This document shows, one piece after another, positions 16,967 through 26,783 of a stretch of DNA of 39,382 nt. The stretch comes from an archaeon. GTDB lineage: Archaea > EX4484-52 > B79-G9. Numbering within the stretch: position 1 is the first letter of the stretch; each line of letters begins with the position of its first letter. The notes below the pieces were generated by a model. It had not been told where the DNA came from. It ran no database searches and saw nothing but the letters and a program-made list of their open reading frames with translations. Both the position numbers and the translations under genes were made by a program. The DNA is taken from contig JBDRKP010000005.1 of the NCBI GenBank assembly GCA_043813875.1, positions 1 to 39,382 of the forward strand, given 5' to 3'.

Positions 16967-19192
16967 ATGGTTGAAAAAAACGGTTCTTTGGCTGATACAT
17001 TGACAGTGACAGGCAAGCAGGAGCAACTGGATAGTCAGAAGAAGGTTCTTGAACTTGATATTGATAAAAGGATCTTTGTACTTGAGGAATCTGTGGAGAA
17101 GCTGAAGGATACTCTTTTGGAAGCGAATGAGATGAAGGACCTGAAGGATTCGCTTGCAAGGCTTAAGGAGATGAAGGGCAAATTGCGCGAGATGGAGGAT
17201 CTCGGTTTCATAACAAAGCTTGAGACAATCCAGACGCAGGATGAGGTGCTTGCTCTTACTGATGATCAGAGTATCCTGAAAGGGAAGCTGGATCTCCTTT
17301 CCAGCGCCATAAAGATCATCAGCACGAAGATGCCGGGAAATTCTAAAGATGCTGGTTTCGTGCTAAAGAGAGATACAGATAATATCGGTAATATCGAATT
17401 GTCTGTACATTCATTGAAATCGGATGTCGAATCACTTAAAAAAAGGCTTGGTGAATCTGATCCTGATGCGCCTGTAAAAAAATTGGCAGAACTTGAGGCG
17501 AAGTTCAATTATATAGAGTCTGAATTCAAAAAATTCATAACGGATGTCAGGGCGGATCTTGAAAGGAAGGATGAGGGATTGAAGTCTGTGTCTTTGGCAT
17601 TGAAGTCCGGTGCAGCTAATGGTGCTTCTCTGGAAAATAGCGGCGCTGCCAGGGAAGAGGTCAATTCTTTGAGGAGTGTCATCGATAAAGTGGAGTCTCT
17701 TGTCAAAGCGACTAATGATGGTGTCAGGGGTGTCGAGTGCCGGCTGGATGAAAGCAACAAGAAGGTCAATCTTCGGCTCAATGAGCAGGATAAGGTTATG
17801 GATGGCTTGAGATCAATCGATCAGAAAGTTGTCGGGCTTCTTAATTCCAAGGTCGAGCATATAAAAAAGGATGTTGCCTCTCACCTCCATGATATGGGCA
17901 GGGATGAGATGGATAAACTGAGGGCGGATATTTCCGGGTGCAGGGAAGAGACCCAGAGGTTAAGCAGGAATGCAGGGTTGCTTGATGAGATCAAAAGAAA
18001 GGTTGAAGGTGTTTGTGAGAAAGATGAGCTTACCTGTCAAAGAGTAGATTCTTTGGAGGCGCAAGCAGGGTCTTTGAAGGCATTGAAAGCCAGGGTTGAA
18101 GAGTTTGATGTGCAGATAACGGATCTTGCTAAAAAATGGGCTGCTTTCGAGTCGATAAAAGGGCAGTTGCAGAATCAGCCTCGCGGCGGGAGCAACCCGG
18201 ATTATATAAGGTATGTGCCTGTGCTGAAGGAGAATGTCTCCAAGCTGTATCGGGTGTATAACCGGGCTGAGAAAAGGATCTCTGAGATGGAGAGCGGTAT
18301 CAACGAGATCAGGGCCATGAAGGCGGGCAAGGATCATACTGGAGCGCCTATGCCTTCCGGGTGGGAGGAGATGATAAAGACGTCTGTCGATAGCGAACTA
18401 ACAGACGTGGTGGAGAATATCAATGCATTGAGCGCTGATATCAAGTCGCGGATAGAGACTGATGCCCGGATGCAAAGCGTTCAGATTGATAATGTGAAGG
18501 CGGATTTTGAGGCTAAGATATCTTCGCTGAAGATGGATATTGATGAAATTTCAAAGAGGAAGAGAGTTGAGAATGTAAAGTCCAATAATTATGAGGAATT
18601 TGCCGAGTTGAAGGCAAGGATGCTTGCTGAACTCGATGCTTTGAGAAGGGAGATGAAGGGTTTCGAGAAGAAGATATCGTCTGACCTGCTTGAGAATATT
18701 GTCGAAAATAAGCTTGTCCCTCATGTGTGTAACCAGGATAAGATTGCGAAGTCACTGACATTGCTGAACCGCAAAGTGGACCAGAGCCATATTGATGTGA
18801 GCAAGAATGCTCATGAGAAGATCAGCAGTTCAGTCAAGCCGATAATGGACAGGATTTCTGAGATTGAAAGTGATGTGAATCTGCTGAAGGATACGAGAGT
18901 CGATCTTGTCGATGATGTCACCCAGGTCATTGAGCGCCTTCGCGCCAGTGGCGAGGTTGCGGGAGCTCTGCCGCAAGATATCATGCGGAAGTATGATGAG
19001 AGGTTTCTTGAGCTTGCTGAGAAGATTGAATTGTTGCAGTCCAGGAGCGGGATGTCTGGTGCAGAGCTGGAACAAAAATTAAATGCCCTCCAATATGAGA
19101 GTGATGTCTTGAGACAGGAACTTGAGCGGGTCAAGGAATTGTATTTTGAGATGCTTGAGAAAGAGAAGAGCGCCCCAGTCATTATCGAGTGA
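16967..19192 (+). CDS. Long coiled-coil protein without ATPase motifs or TM segments
   Basis: 741 aa, heptad-like E/K/L-rich throughout; C-terminus APVIIE. Confidence 0.85.
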   Translation: MVEKNGSLADTLTVTGKQEQLDSQKKVLELDIDKRIFVLEESVEKLKDTLLEANEMKDLKDSLARLKEMKGKLREMEDLGFITKLETIQTQDEVLALTDDQSILKGKLDLLSSAIKIISTKMPGNSKDAGFVLKRDTDNIGNIELSVHSLKSDVESLKKRLGESDPDAPVKKLAELEAKFNYIESEFKKFITDVRADLERKDEGLKSVSLALKSGAANGASLENSGAAREEVNSLRSVIDKVESLVKATNDGVRGVECRLDESNKKVNLRLNEQDKVMDGLRSIDQKVVGLLNSKVEHIKKDVASHLHDMGRDEMDKLRADISGCREETQRLSRNAGLLDEIKRKVEGVCEKDELTCQRVDSLEAQAGSLKALKARVEEFDVQITDLAKKWAAFESIKGQLQNQPRGGSNPDYIRYVPVLKENVSKLYRVYNRAEKRISEMESGINEIRAMKAGKDHTGAPMPSGWEEMIKTSVDSELTDVVENINALSADIKSRIETDARMQSVQIDNVKADFEAKISSLKMDIDEISKRKRVENVKSNNYEEFAELKARMLAELDALRREMKGFEKKISSDLLENIVENKLVPHVCNQDKIAKSLTLLNRKVDQSHIDVSKNAHEKISSSVKPIMDRISEIESDVNLLKDTRVDLVDDVTQVIERLRASGEVAGALPQDIMRKYDERFLELAEKIELLQSRSGMSGAELEQKLNALQYESDVLRQELERVKELYFEMLEKEKSAPVIIE

Positions 19193-19274
19193 TTTTTCTA
19201 TGCTGCTGCAAATAGAAAAAGCTTGAAATCCGAATATTGCGCAGAAATTTCATGATTTTTCGGATTTTTACTAT
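19193..19274 (-). repeat. Hairpin-chain element copy E between convergent genes
   Basis: Minus strand reads ATAGT-AAAAATCCG-AAAAA-TCATG-AAATTT..ATTT-CAAGC-TTTTTCTAT/ATAGAAAAA-TCA. Confidence 0.78.
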
Positions 19275-19280
19275 CTATCT

Positions 19281-20387
19281 TTACTGGCTCCAGTATATGA
19301 AGTCCAGCTCTTTTTGTGGGTTTTTCGGCAGGATTGTCGGGTCTATGAATGTCGCCATGCCGGGGCCGGGGTATTTGCCGTTGGTGGTGTTTCCTTCAAG
19401 GCGGTCGAAGAATGTGGGGCCCAGGTCATGCTCTATGAAGCATGTGGTTCCCTGTTCTGTTATTATGCTGTTTATCCATCTGTCAGCCTCGTCACTCATC
19501 GCTGCAAGGTATGTGTTTTCGGTGTTGGAGTATGCGTCGCCTGTGTCGATGATTTTTGGGATGGTTGTGCCTGCGTCATCATCTGTTGTCTCTGCTATGA
19601 TTCCCTTGAACTCGTTTATGTCTGATGTGGTGAACTTTGAGATGTTTATTGTGACGAGTATCTTTTCGGCTCTCTGTGCGCCTGTGAGCGAACTGATCCC
19701 GGCTGTGTCGAGCGATCTGAATACTTTGCCCACGGTCCAGTTGGTTGCGGCTGTCTTTGATGTGAGCGCTTTGCCGTATGTTCCCGTGAGGTTGCATGGT
19801 ATCATTGCTGTCGAGAACAGGAGATTGCTTTTGACTGTGTTCAAGGGGTCTTCGAATGAGTTGTAGTCTATCGTTATGTTCTGTGTTATGTTTTTATTCA
19901 CACGTATCCCGGATACAGAATCGAATATGTCTAATTCGTAAGTTGTTACAAGTTCGATATCGTACAGATCTATCTGCCTGATAGTGTAATCTTTGAGGGC
20001 TATTGTGGTGCTTAGTCCTATCTTATTCATTATGTCCTGTATTGAGATGGTCCAGTCGTTTATTGTGCTGTTTTCCATTATCTGTTGAGGCGTCCCGTTG
20101 TATATTCCTGTGATGCTGGTTTCAGTTATGGCGTTTTCTGTGTCGTTGAGGAATGTCCCGTTGGTCACAGCGTAGTCTACAAGGCTTAGGATTGCTCTTT
20201 TGGTTGCGATGTATGAGCTTCTTTCAAGGTCTTTATCTACATTGTTCAAAGTGCTCAGAATCACGTCGCTCCGGATTTTCGAGGGTTTTTCAAGGGTGTA
20301 TTGTGATGACGACTGGAGAGTTATCATGGTGATGAGTGATCCTACTATCAGAAGTGTGAACAGCGTATAAGTGTATCCTTTTTTCAT
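19281..20387 (-). CDS. Class III signal peptide (pilin-like) surface protein
   Basis: MKKG followed by hydrophobic YTYTLFTLLIV; Thr/Ser/Asn-rich with NxS/T sequons; PTFFDRLEG near the C-terminus. Confidence 0.8.
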   Translation of the reverse strand: MKKGYTYTLFTLLIVGSLITMITLQSSSQYTLEKPSKIRSDVILSTLNNVDKDLERSSYIATKRAILSLVDYAVTNGTFLNDTENAITETSITGIYNGTPQQIMENSTINDWTISIQDIMNKIGLSTTIALKDYTIRQIDLYDIELVTTYELDIFDSVSGIRVNKNITQNITIDYNSFEDPLNTVKSNLLFSTAMIPCNLTGTYGKALTSKTAATNWTVGKVFRSLDTAGISSLTGAQRAEKILVTINISKFTTSDINEFKGIIAETTDDDAGTTIPKIIDTGDAYSNTENTYLAAMSDEADRWINSIITEQGTTCFIEHDLGPTFFDRLEGNTTNGKYPGPGMATFIDPTILPKNPQKELDFIYWSQ

Positions 20388-20391
20388 CTCG

Positions 20392-23300
20392 TCACTTCCA
20401 TATCTCTAGTCTTAATATAGCGGGTCCCCACATCCAGGGGATGTCTGTCACTTTTATTATGCGGATGTCTATGTTTGTCTGGTCGATCGCTATGTCTATC
20501 CTGTTGTCGCCTGTCACGTCAAGCTGCTGTAAAAGCCGTAATGCTGCGTTGTCTATCGAGTCTTCGTTGTCGTATGAAATCTCTGCGCTTGAGAATTCGC
20601 AGGTCTTTGTGCCGTTGTAGTTTGTGGGGATTTTTATGGTTGCGTTGTTTAGGTTGTATTGCTCTACAGTCCACTCGCAGCCGTCTGCTTTCGGCGAGAT
20701 CTCGCTGTAGCTTGCGGTCCCTTTGATCTTTATGGTGTAGATCACCCTGCTGTCCGGTGAGCCGCCGGTGAAAGCGGTTAGGTTTGAAGATGTGTCGATA
20801 TTCACGTAGTTTGTCTGATTTTTCCCGATAATATCCGTGGGCATATATATTATGAATGGATCGCCCAGTTTTCTTAATTCTGTATTATAGGTGCTTATGT
20901 TGTATGCATTGACCCAACCTGAAGTCTCGTTTTTCATGTTGAGTATGCTTGTCCAGAATTCTGATGAATAGGATGTGGCTTTTGCGTCGACCACTTCTAC
21001 TGTCGGGGGTATCCAGTACGATCCGTTTTTCGGGCTTTCTACAGAGGGGTTTCCTGATGTATCGGCGAATGTGGCGCTATCGAATGTGAGCGAAATTTCG
21101 CCGTAGTCCAAGTCAGCTGACGGGGTGTAGTTGTATTCTATGTAGGAGTCAGGGTAGAGTGTACTATCAGGTTTACCGATTATTACGATTTTCTGGGTCG
21201 TGTATGAAAGATCGATCATGCTTTCAGCGATTTCTAAGTATATCTCTCTTAATTCATCTGCATCGCTGCTTTGATAGTATGTCGGGCAGTATGTCGAATT
21301 GGTGCCGGCCATCCAGTCGTTTGTATTGCAGTCCCAGCAGGCGATTCTTCTCAAGGTGCCCTGGCCGCTGACGCTTGGCCCGAACGATACTGCGTATACG
21401 GTTATGTCGTAGATGTCTCTTGCGTCGCAGGCTGCCTGAATCGCGTGGTCATGGTAGTCATTTGTTATATCGAAATCACCGTCATAGTCAGGAACCGGAT
21501 CCATACCACAGGCTATGTTAGCATCTCCATCGCTCATGACAAGCATAGCTTTCTTTCTTACCTCTGGTGTTGTCAGTTTCAGGTCAAATTTCGCACTGAT
21601 ATTATCGTTGTTCCTCAACTTCACTGCTATGACATTGTCACCTGCAACCAGATAGGATTTATCTACAAATATGTCTTCTTTGATGTTTACATTGTCTATT
21701 GCCCACATGTCATTTGAAATTCCGTTGCCGCCGGTGAAACGGAATCTTATCCTGAACTGGGAATGAAGCCCGTCTGATGGTATTGTGTACTTGTATTCTT
21801 TTCCTTCACCTGTATTCGGATCATTCCCGTCTCCAGGGTGAGTTTTTAGTGCAGACCATGTGGCAGAAGATGTGTAATATTCTGCGATGGTATTTTCGCC
21901 AGCATCCGGGTCTTCACAGCCGCCCCCGTCGATTCCCTGTCGTATCCAGTATGTCAGGGTGGCATTTTGCGCTGATGATAAATCCATTTCACCTGATTCT
22001 ATTGTAGCCGCGTTTCCGCCCAATATTACGGAGTTGGAAGATGAGCTGTAGCCGCACATATTTGAAATGACGATTTCGGAGCCGAATGTGCCTTGCGTGA
22101 TTGTCCATTTGCCGATGCCTGACTCAAAATCATCATCAAATACCGTTCCTGGCCTGTTCCAGTATTCTGCATTGTGTTCAATGGTATCGTTATCGACCAG
22201 GTAGCCGTTCAGGTAAACTTCTGCATTGTCGTCTGAGAGGACGTATAAATTGATTTCAGTCAGATTAGCGGGGTCAGCGACAGTGAAGTGTTTCCTGAAG
22301 TAATAGTCTCCACCATTATTGGTTATGTTTGTGTCTATCCTAGTCTCAGGATCTATGGTGTATGTAAATATTTTTGTTATTTCTTCTTCGTTTCCGATGT
22401 TTGAGATTACCGGTTCAAGGGACGCGTATTTTCTGGAATAAATCCAGTCGTAGCTTGTGTCCCTTAAAGTGCTGTCGCTGTCGGTTATCAGCCAGACGTA
22501 GCCTGACCTGGTGCCTGCCCTGCTGTGGCTTCGCCCGTCAGTCAGGTCATACATGTATTTGGTGTTTGCAGCGCTGTTCATGACTGCCCTGTATGTGTGG
22601 TATGTAGTAAAATCGCTCCTTGCTGTGTTGCTGTCCGAATATCCCGTCCACCATATTGTGTCTACTAAAGCTATTGCTTCGCCTGTGCCTGAATCATCTA
22701 CAAATCCTGCTGTTGTGCCGGCAGCGCCGATACCTATACCTGAATCCCAGTCGCCGGGAGCGAAGTCAGGTTTCATCCTGAATTCCACGATGCTGCTCGC
22801 CGGGGTTTGGTATGTGGTTGTCCTTACCCATTCGATGCTGTTTCCGCCATTGCCATGGAATGCGGATCCGCTGACAGTATAGGCGCCCTCGACATATGTC
22901 CATCTGGATGAGTCCAGACTTGTTCCATCGAAGTCATCAAAGAACTCGAAAGTCGCGGTGCCGTTGCTTGAAGGATATATGCCTGAAGTTCCGTAATACA
23001 TGTAAAACGTCGTGTCTGTGCCGCTTTCTAAGAACGGGGCTTTTATCCAGAATGTCGCATTGCCTGAATTCGAAAGGTCGCAGGTTTCGATCCAGAATGG
23101 TATTTCTGTTTCTGAGCTGTCTGTCGAATTGTAATATGTGAACCTGATGTCTTCGCAATATCTTTGGATTTTGTTGTTATCATATTCTTCTGACAGGTTC
23201 CGGACTATTTTTACCTGGTAATCTATTAAATCTGCTCCTGTGTTTGAGATATTTACCGGTATCCTATATCTCCATGATATATTTTCAAATCCTAATATGG

Positions 23301-25005
23301 CATTGCCTGTACTCCATGCTGTGTCATCGTAGCTGATTTCGGTCCAGTTGTTTGCGCCAATGTCATCAGGAGGTTCAGATGTCGGATAATCTATTGTATA
23401 TTTCCACTCTGACTTTATGTCAACAAGTGTATTCGTCACTGAAGAGAAAAGTGTCATTGCGCTGTTTATGCCGCAGCACATGCATGTACTTGACTGAGGG
23501 ACATATCCGTTGATCTGGCTTTCCAGACTTGTCTGGTCGTCTGATAATTGATGCGTCTGATCCGTGCCTGTCTCAAAAGAAACCAGTCCTATCCTGTTGC
23601 CGGAAGCGTTCAGCATGGCGCCGACAAAATCCTTGTCCACGCATTTTGCCACGCTGAGCCGTTGGGTGTCGGTTTGGTTGAGAGCAGGGTTGGTGCATGC
23701 TCTTACTTGACCAGCCGTAGTGTCATCAAAACCCATTCTCCAGTCCATGCTCCCGCTGACATCTGTTATCAGAACGGCGTCCCCGTAGCCGTAGCCGCTC
23801 TCGGACTCGAAGCTGCCTTCGTAGTAGCCGAATCTTAATGGAATTGTTTTTTTGCTGAGTGTGTTGTAATTCAAGCCGCTTGCCGTGAGGTTGGATAGTA
23901 TGCCTGTGGATGTGAATGCCAAGTTCTGTTCGCCTGTCCCGTTTGTGAAAAATATTGTTGAATTTGCGATCTCAAGGAAGACTGTGGTGTTTGACATATT
24001 GTTCCTGAAGTGTACCCATATGCTCATGTTGTTCAATTGCCCCGGGACATAGAATGATGAATATATGTTGAACAAGCCGTCTACCCCCGGGAATATGTAT
24101 CTTTCGGATACTTCATCGTTGTTGAGGTTTATCTGGGTCGTATCCATCTGGGATGTGTTGTATTTTATTTTTATGAATCCGCCTCCGATGTATTTGTTCC
24201 AGATGTCTTTGTCTGTGAAGTTGATCCGGATCGTGTTTTCGCCGTTATTGAATAGCGAGTGATATGCAGGGTCCATTGTCCAGTTGTGTGAGTACATCGG
24301 TATTATGGATGTCATGTTGTAATAGCCGGCGTAATTGCCGTTTACGTTCATCGTGAAGTTGCTTCCGGCGTCCATCTCGATGTAGACACCGGTCACGCTG
24401 TCGATTACGCTGGGAAGAGCGAATGCTGCTGTTATGTTCCCCTGGCCTACGAAGCCGCCGAAGTATATGTATTTTGCTGTGTCTTTTGAGAGGATATTGC
24501 TTATCGATATCCTCGTCGATGTCCCTTTTGTGGGCATGCCTTCGTGGATGCCTGATATCAGGCGCCTTGATGACGTGAGAAGCGAGTATTCTGTCTTCGG
24601 GTCAGAGTATATTTCCTGGCCGTCTATGAAAAGGCCGTAGCTGTAGCTGCCCGGGATCATGGCGCCGATGTATGTCTCTGTGAGGTTTCTTGCGTAGTCG
24701 AGGGATGCGACTGAGTTTTCTGCCCATAGAGCGCCGATGATGTATGCGATATCCTCGTCAACATCGGCTGCGGTCACGTTTGTGTCGGATATTATGCTGT
24801 TTCTTAATGCCTCATCCACCTGGCTGAATTTTGTGTATGATAATATCTTCAGGGAATCTTCAGCCATGACGTTTGCCTGATCGAACATATAATTTTGAGG
24901 GATGCTGGTTTTTTCCTGTGAAAACAGGATCCCTATGGTTATTATTATCAATGTCATCGCGAATAGCGCGTCTGTCGTGAACATGACTCCTTTCTTTTTC
25001 ATCAT
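20392..25005 (-). CDS. Large pilin-anchored adhesin with split vWA domain, DUF2341 and beta-sandwich inserts
   Basis: KKKG-VMFTTDALFA class III signal; MIDAS DVSGS...T...SDG; WRYRIPVNI...DIRF...EIPFWIE...WIK...YMYYG (DUF2341). Confidence 0.87.
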   Translation of the reverse strand: MMKKKGVMFTTDALFAMTLIIITIGILFSQEKTSIPQNYMFDQANVMAEDSLKILSYTKFSQVDEALRNSIISDTNVTAADVDEDIAYIIGALWAENSVASLDYARNLTETYIGAMIPGSYSYGLFIDGQEIYSDPKTEYSLLTSSRRLISGIHEGMPTKGTSTRISISNILSKDTAKYIYFGGFVGQGNITAAFALPSVIDSVTGVYIEMDAGSNFTMNVNGNYAGYYNMTSIIPMYSHNWTMDPAYHSLFNNGENTIRINFTDKDIWNKYIGGGFIKIKYNTSQMDTTQINLNNDEVSERYIFPGVDGLFNIYSSFYVPGQLNNMSIWVHFRNNMSNTTVFLEIANSTIFFTNGTGEQNLAFTSTGILSNLTASGLNYNTLSKKTIPLRFGYYEGSFESESGYGYGDAVLITDVSGSMDWRMGFDDTTAGQVRACTNPALNQTDTQRLSVAKCVDKDFVGAMLNASGNRIGLVSFETGTDQTHQLSDDQTSLESQINGYVPQSSTCMCCGINSAMTLFSSVTNTLVDIKSEWKYTIDYPTSEPPDDIGANNWTEISYDDTAWSTGNAILGFENISWRYRIPVNISNTGADLIDYQVKIVRNLSEEYDNNKIQRYCEDIRFTYYNSTDSSETEIPFWIETCDLSNSGNATFWIKAPFLESGTDTTFYMYYGTSGIYPSSNGTATFEFFDDFDGTSLDSSRWTYVEGAYTVSGSAFHGNGGNSIEWVRTTTYQTPASSIVEFRMKPDFAPGDWDSGIGIGAAGTTAGFVDDSGTGEAIALVDTIWWTGYSDSNTARSDFTTYHTYRAVMNSAANTKYMYDLTDGRSHSRAGTRSGYVWLITDSDSTLRDTSYDWIYSRKYASLEPVISNIGNEEEITKIFTYTIDPETRIDTNITNNGGDYYFRKHFTVADPANLTEINLYVLSDDNAEVYLNGYLVDNDTIEHNAEYWNRPGTVFDDDFESGIGKWTITQGTFGSEIVISNMCGYSSSSNSVILGGNAATIESGEMDLSSAQNATLTYWIRQGIDGGGCEDPDAGENTIAEYYTSSATWSALKTHPGDGNDPNTGEGKEYKYTIPSDGLHSQFRIRFRFTGGNGISNDMWAIDNVNIKEDIFVDKSYLVAGDNVIAVKLRNNDNISAKFDLKLTTPEVRKKAMLVMSDGDANIACGMDPVPDYDGDFDITNDYHDHAIQAACDARDIYDITVYAVSFGPSVSGQGTLRRIACWDCNTNDWMAGTNSTYCPTYYQSSDADELREIYLEIAESMIDLSYTTQKIVIIGKPDSTLYPDSYIEYNYTPSADLDYGEISLTFDSATFADTSGNPSVESPKNGSYWIPPTVEVVDAKATSYSSEFWTSILNMKNETSGWVNAYNISTYNTELRKLGDPFIIYMPTDIIGKNQTNYVNIDTSSNLTAFTGGSPDSRVIYTIKIKGTASYSEISPKADGCEWTVEQYNLNNATIKIPTNYNGTKTCEFSSAEISYDNEDSIDNAALRLLQQLDVTGDNRIDIAIDQTNIDIRIIKVTDIPWMWGPAILRLEIWK

Positions 25006-26174
25006 ATCGTCCTGTTTGTGTATATGTACAGGTGCATTATGCCTGGCCTTATCTCATTGCTGTCGCCAATCATTATGAAGCGTGTTATCGGTACCAGGTT
25101 TTCTGAGTTGATTACCGCGTCGTCGCCAAAGGATATTTCTATGCCGTCCATGTCAAGGCCTGCGATGGGGTTATTGTTATCAATTCCCGCATCCGGCAGA
25201 TAGTATATTTTCCCACTGCCGTAATACCATAGGCATACTATACAATAGTTGTTATCTGTGTTATCTTCTACGATTGCTTTATCAACTTCTGTCTTTTTGA
25301 ATTTCTTGCCCTGGCTTTGGAATTGTATGAATTCTCCTACGTTGCTGTCCGGGAGAAGAATGTCTTTGTTGATGTATGTGCCTTGGTTGTCGCCATTATT
25401 ATATGGTGTTATGATGTCGTCAAATACGTATTCCAATACATCGTAATCGCCTGTATTGATGGTTGTTATGTATGTCCCGCCTTCGTATACAAATTCCCGG
25501 ATAGCGTTTTTGTCGGCAGGAGATATTGCCGTCACTTGCGGATTTTCGAGCATGATTGTCTGGTAGGCAGAGATGTTTGATACTAATACGGAGAAGAGTT
25601 TGTCTTGGGTGGACGGGGTGTAATCCCCTTTCTTGTACACGTATCTTGCATTGTTTGCAGGGACCGCTATTGCCGATCCCCAGTAGTAATCCCATATGTC
25701 ATAATATGTCGCCAGAAGGCTTCTTGCGATGTCATCACCAGCATCTCTTGCGAAGACTGCTGCTGTGCCTTTTATTGCGCCACCGACTTTCAGCGGTTTG
25801 CTGTGGGGGTCAGTCACGTTTATGTAGTATTCGTATGAGCCGACGCCAAGCAATGCTTTTGAATCGCTGTAACTTAGCAGTTTGAAGTTTAATATCTTCT
25901 CTGTGTCCAGGATGTCGTCGTCTGCGTTTTTCAATCCTATCATCATGACGTCTGATGTGTTCCAGTCCGCAGGTACTCCAGGGGTGTTGATGAGTGCGTT
26001 TGATATGTAGAATGCTTTCCTTTGCATCTCTTCGGTTTTGTAGAAGCGCGTTGATTTCTCGTATGAGATATTCCATATAGTATAGCTCAGGAATAATATC
26101 GCTGTGAATATGACTATGCTGAGTATGAAGTCGGGGCTCAGTACCTGGCCCTTTTTTTTCTTAATGGCTGACAT
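25002..26174 (-). CDS. Class III signal peptide (minor pilin-like) protein
   Basis: KKKKGQ-VLSPDFILSIVIF; TPGVPADW..IGL motif; stop overlaps the next start. Confidence 0.82.
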   Translation of the reverse strand: MSAIKKKKGQVLSPDFILSIVIFTAILFLSYTIWNISYEKSTRFYKTEEMQRKAFYISNALINTPGVPADWNTSDVMMIGLKNADDDILDTEKILNFKLLSYSDSKALLGVGSYEYYINVTDPHSKPLKVGGAIKGTAAVFARDAGDDIARSLLATYYDIWDYYWGSAIAVPANNARYVYKKGDYTPSTQDKLFSVLVSNISAYQTIMLENPQVTAISPADKNAIREFVYEGGTYITTINTGDYDVLEYVFDDIITPYNNGDNQGTYINKDILLPDSNVGEFIQFQSQGKKFKKTEVDKAIVEDNTDNNYCIVCLWYYGSGKIYYLPDAGIDNNNPIAGLDMDGIEISFGDDAVINSENLVPITRFIMIGDSNEIRPGIMHLYIYTNRTI

Positions 26175-26559
26175 ATATCAAACCGTCCCTGTTTTCTATG
26201 CTGTTGAAGCCTGGATCGATTGTTCCTGTTATGTTCGGCGTGACTGATTTTGTTATGTATGAACTTGATGAATTTATTATCACGAGGTTGTCGCTTATTA
26301 TAATGTTGTATGATTCTCCCACAACTGTGGCTGGCAGTGTTATGTTTTTTGAGTATCCGTGACCGATGCCGGTTGCGATGTCGAGCTCGTATGTTACCCA
26401 TTCTGACATTTTCTGGAATTCCATGTTTCTTTTTTCTTTTATCAGGGTGAAATTGTTTTGGAGGATCGAGAGATATACTACTGTGAATACGAGAAGCGAA
26501 TATGATACCAATGTGATCAATTCCAGGCCCGATTGAGCCTTATGGCTTCTATTTTTCAT
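26161..26559 (-). CDS. Small class III signal peptide pilin-like protein
   Basis: KAQSGLE followed by a hydrophobic helix; GYSKNITLP motif. Confidence 0.82.
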   Translation of the reverse strand: MKNRSHKAQSGLELITLVSYSLLVFTVVYLSILQNNFTLIKEKRNMEFQKMSEWVTYELDIATGIGHGYSKNITLPATVVGESYNIIISDNLVIINSSSSYITKSVTPNITGTIDPGFNSIENRDGLIYVSH

Positions 26560-26612
26560 GAAGTATTGTTTGGATTGTCTAGTATAAATAGATTGGGTGA
26601 GTGATGGTGTGT

Positions 26613-26778
26613 TATACTCAAGGCATGAAATAAATGAGCAAAATTCAACAAAATACCAAATTGCTTTGAGTATCCTAACGAATCTCCGATTCGCTGGATC
26701 CTAAAATTGCCTTGCAATTTTAAGGATATGGAAAGGCACGCTACTCAAAATATTCGTAATATTCGTGCCTTTACTATA
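26613..26778 (-). repeat. Modular hairpin element copy B (166 bp)
   Basis: Minus strand reads TATAGT-AAAGGCACG/CGTGCCTTT-CCAT-ATCCTTAAAATTGC..GCAATTTTAGG-ATCC..GAATC/GATTC..AGG-ATACTCAA..TTGAGTATA. Shares TTTCCATATCCTTAAAA and the TTGGT..TTTTG..CATTTATT loop with copy A. Confidence 0.85.
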
Positions 26779-26783
26779 TCTTG

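Noticed and set aside
16967..19192. SMC/Rad50 or chemoreceptor assignment
   Set aside because: No Walker motifs, hinge, zinc hook, TM helices or MCP signalling motif.
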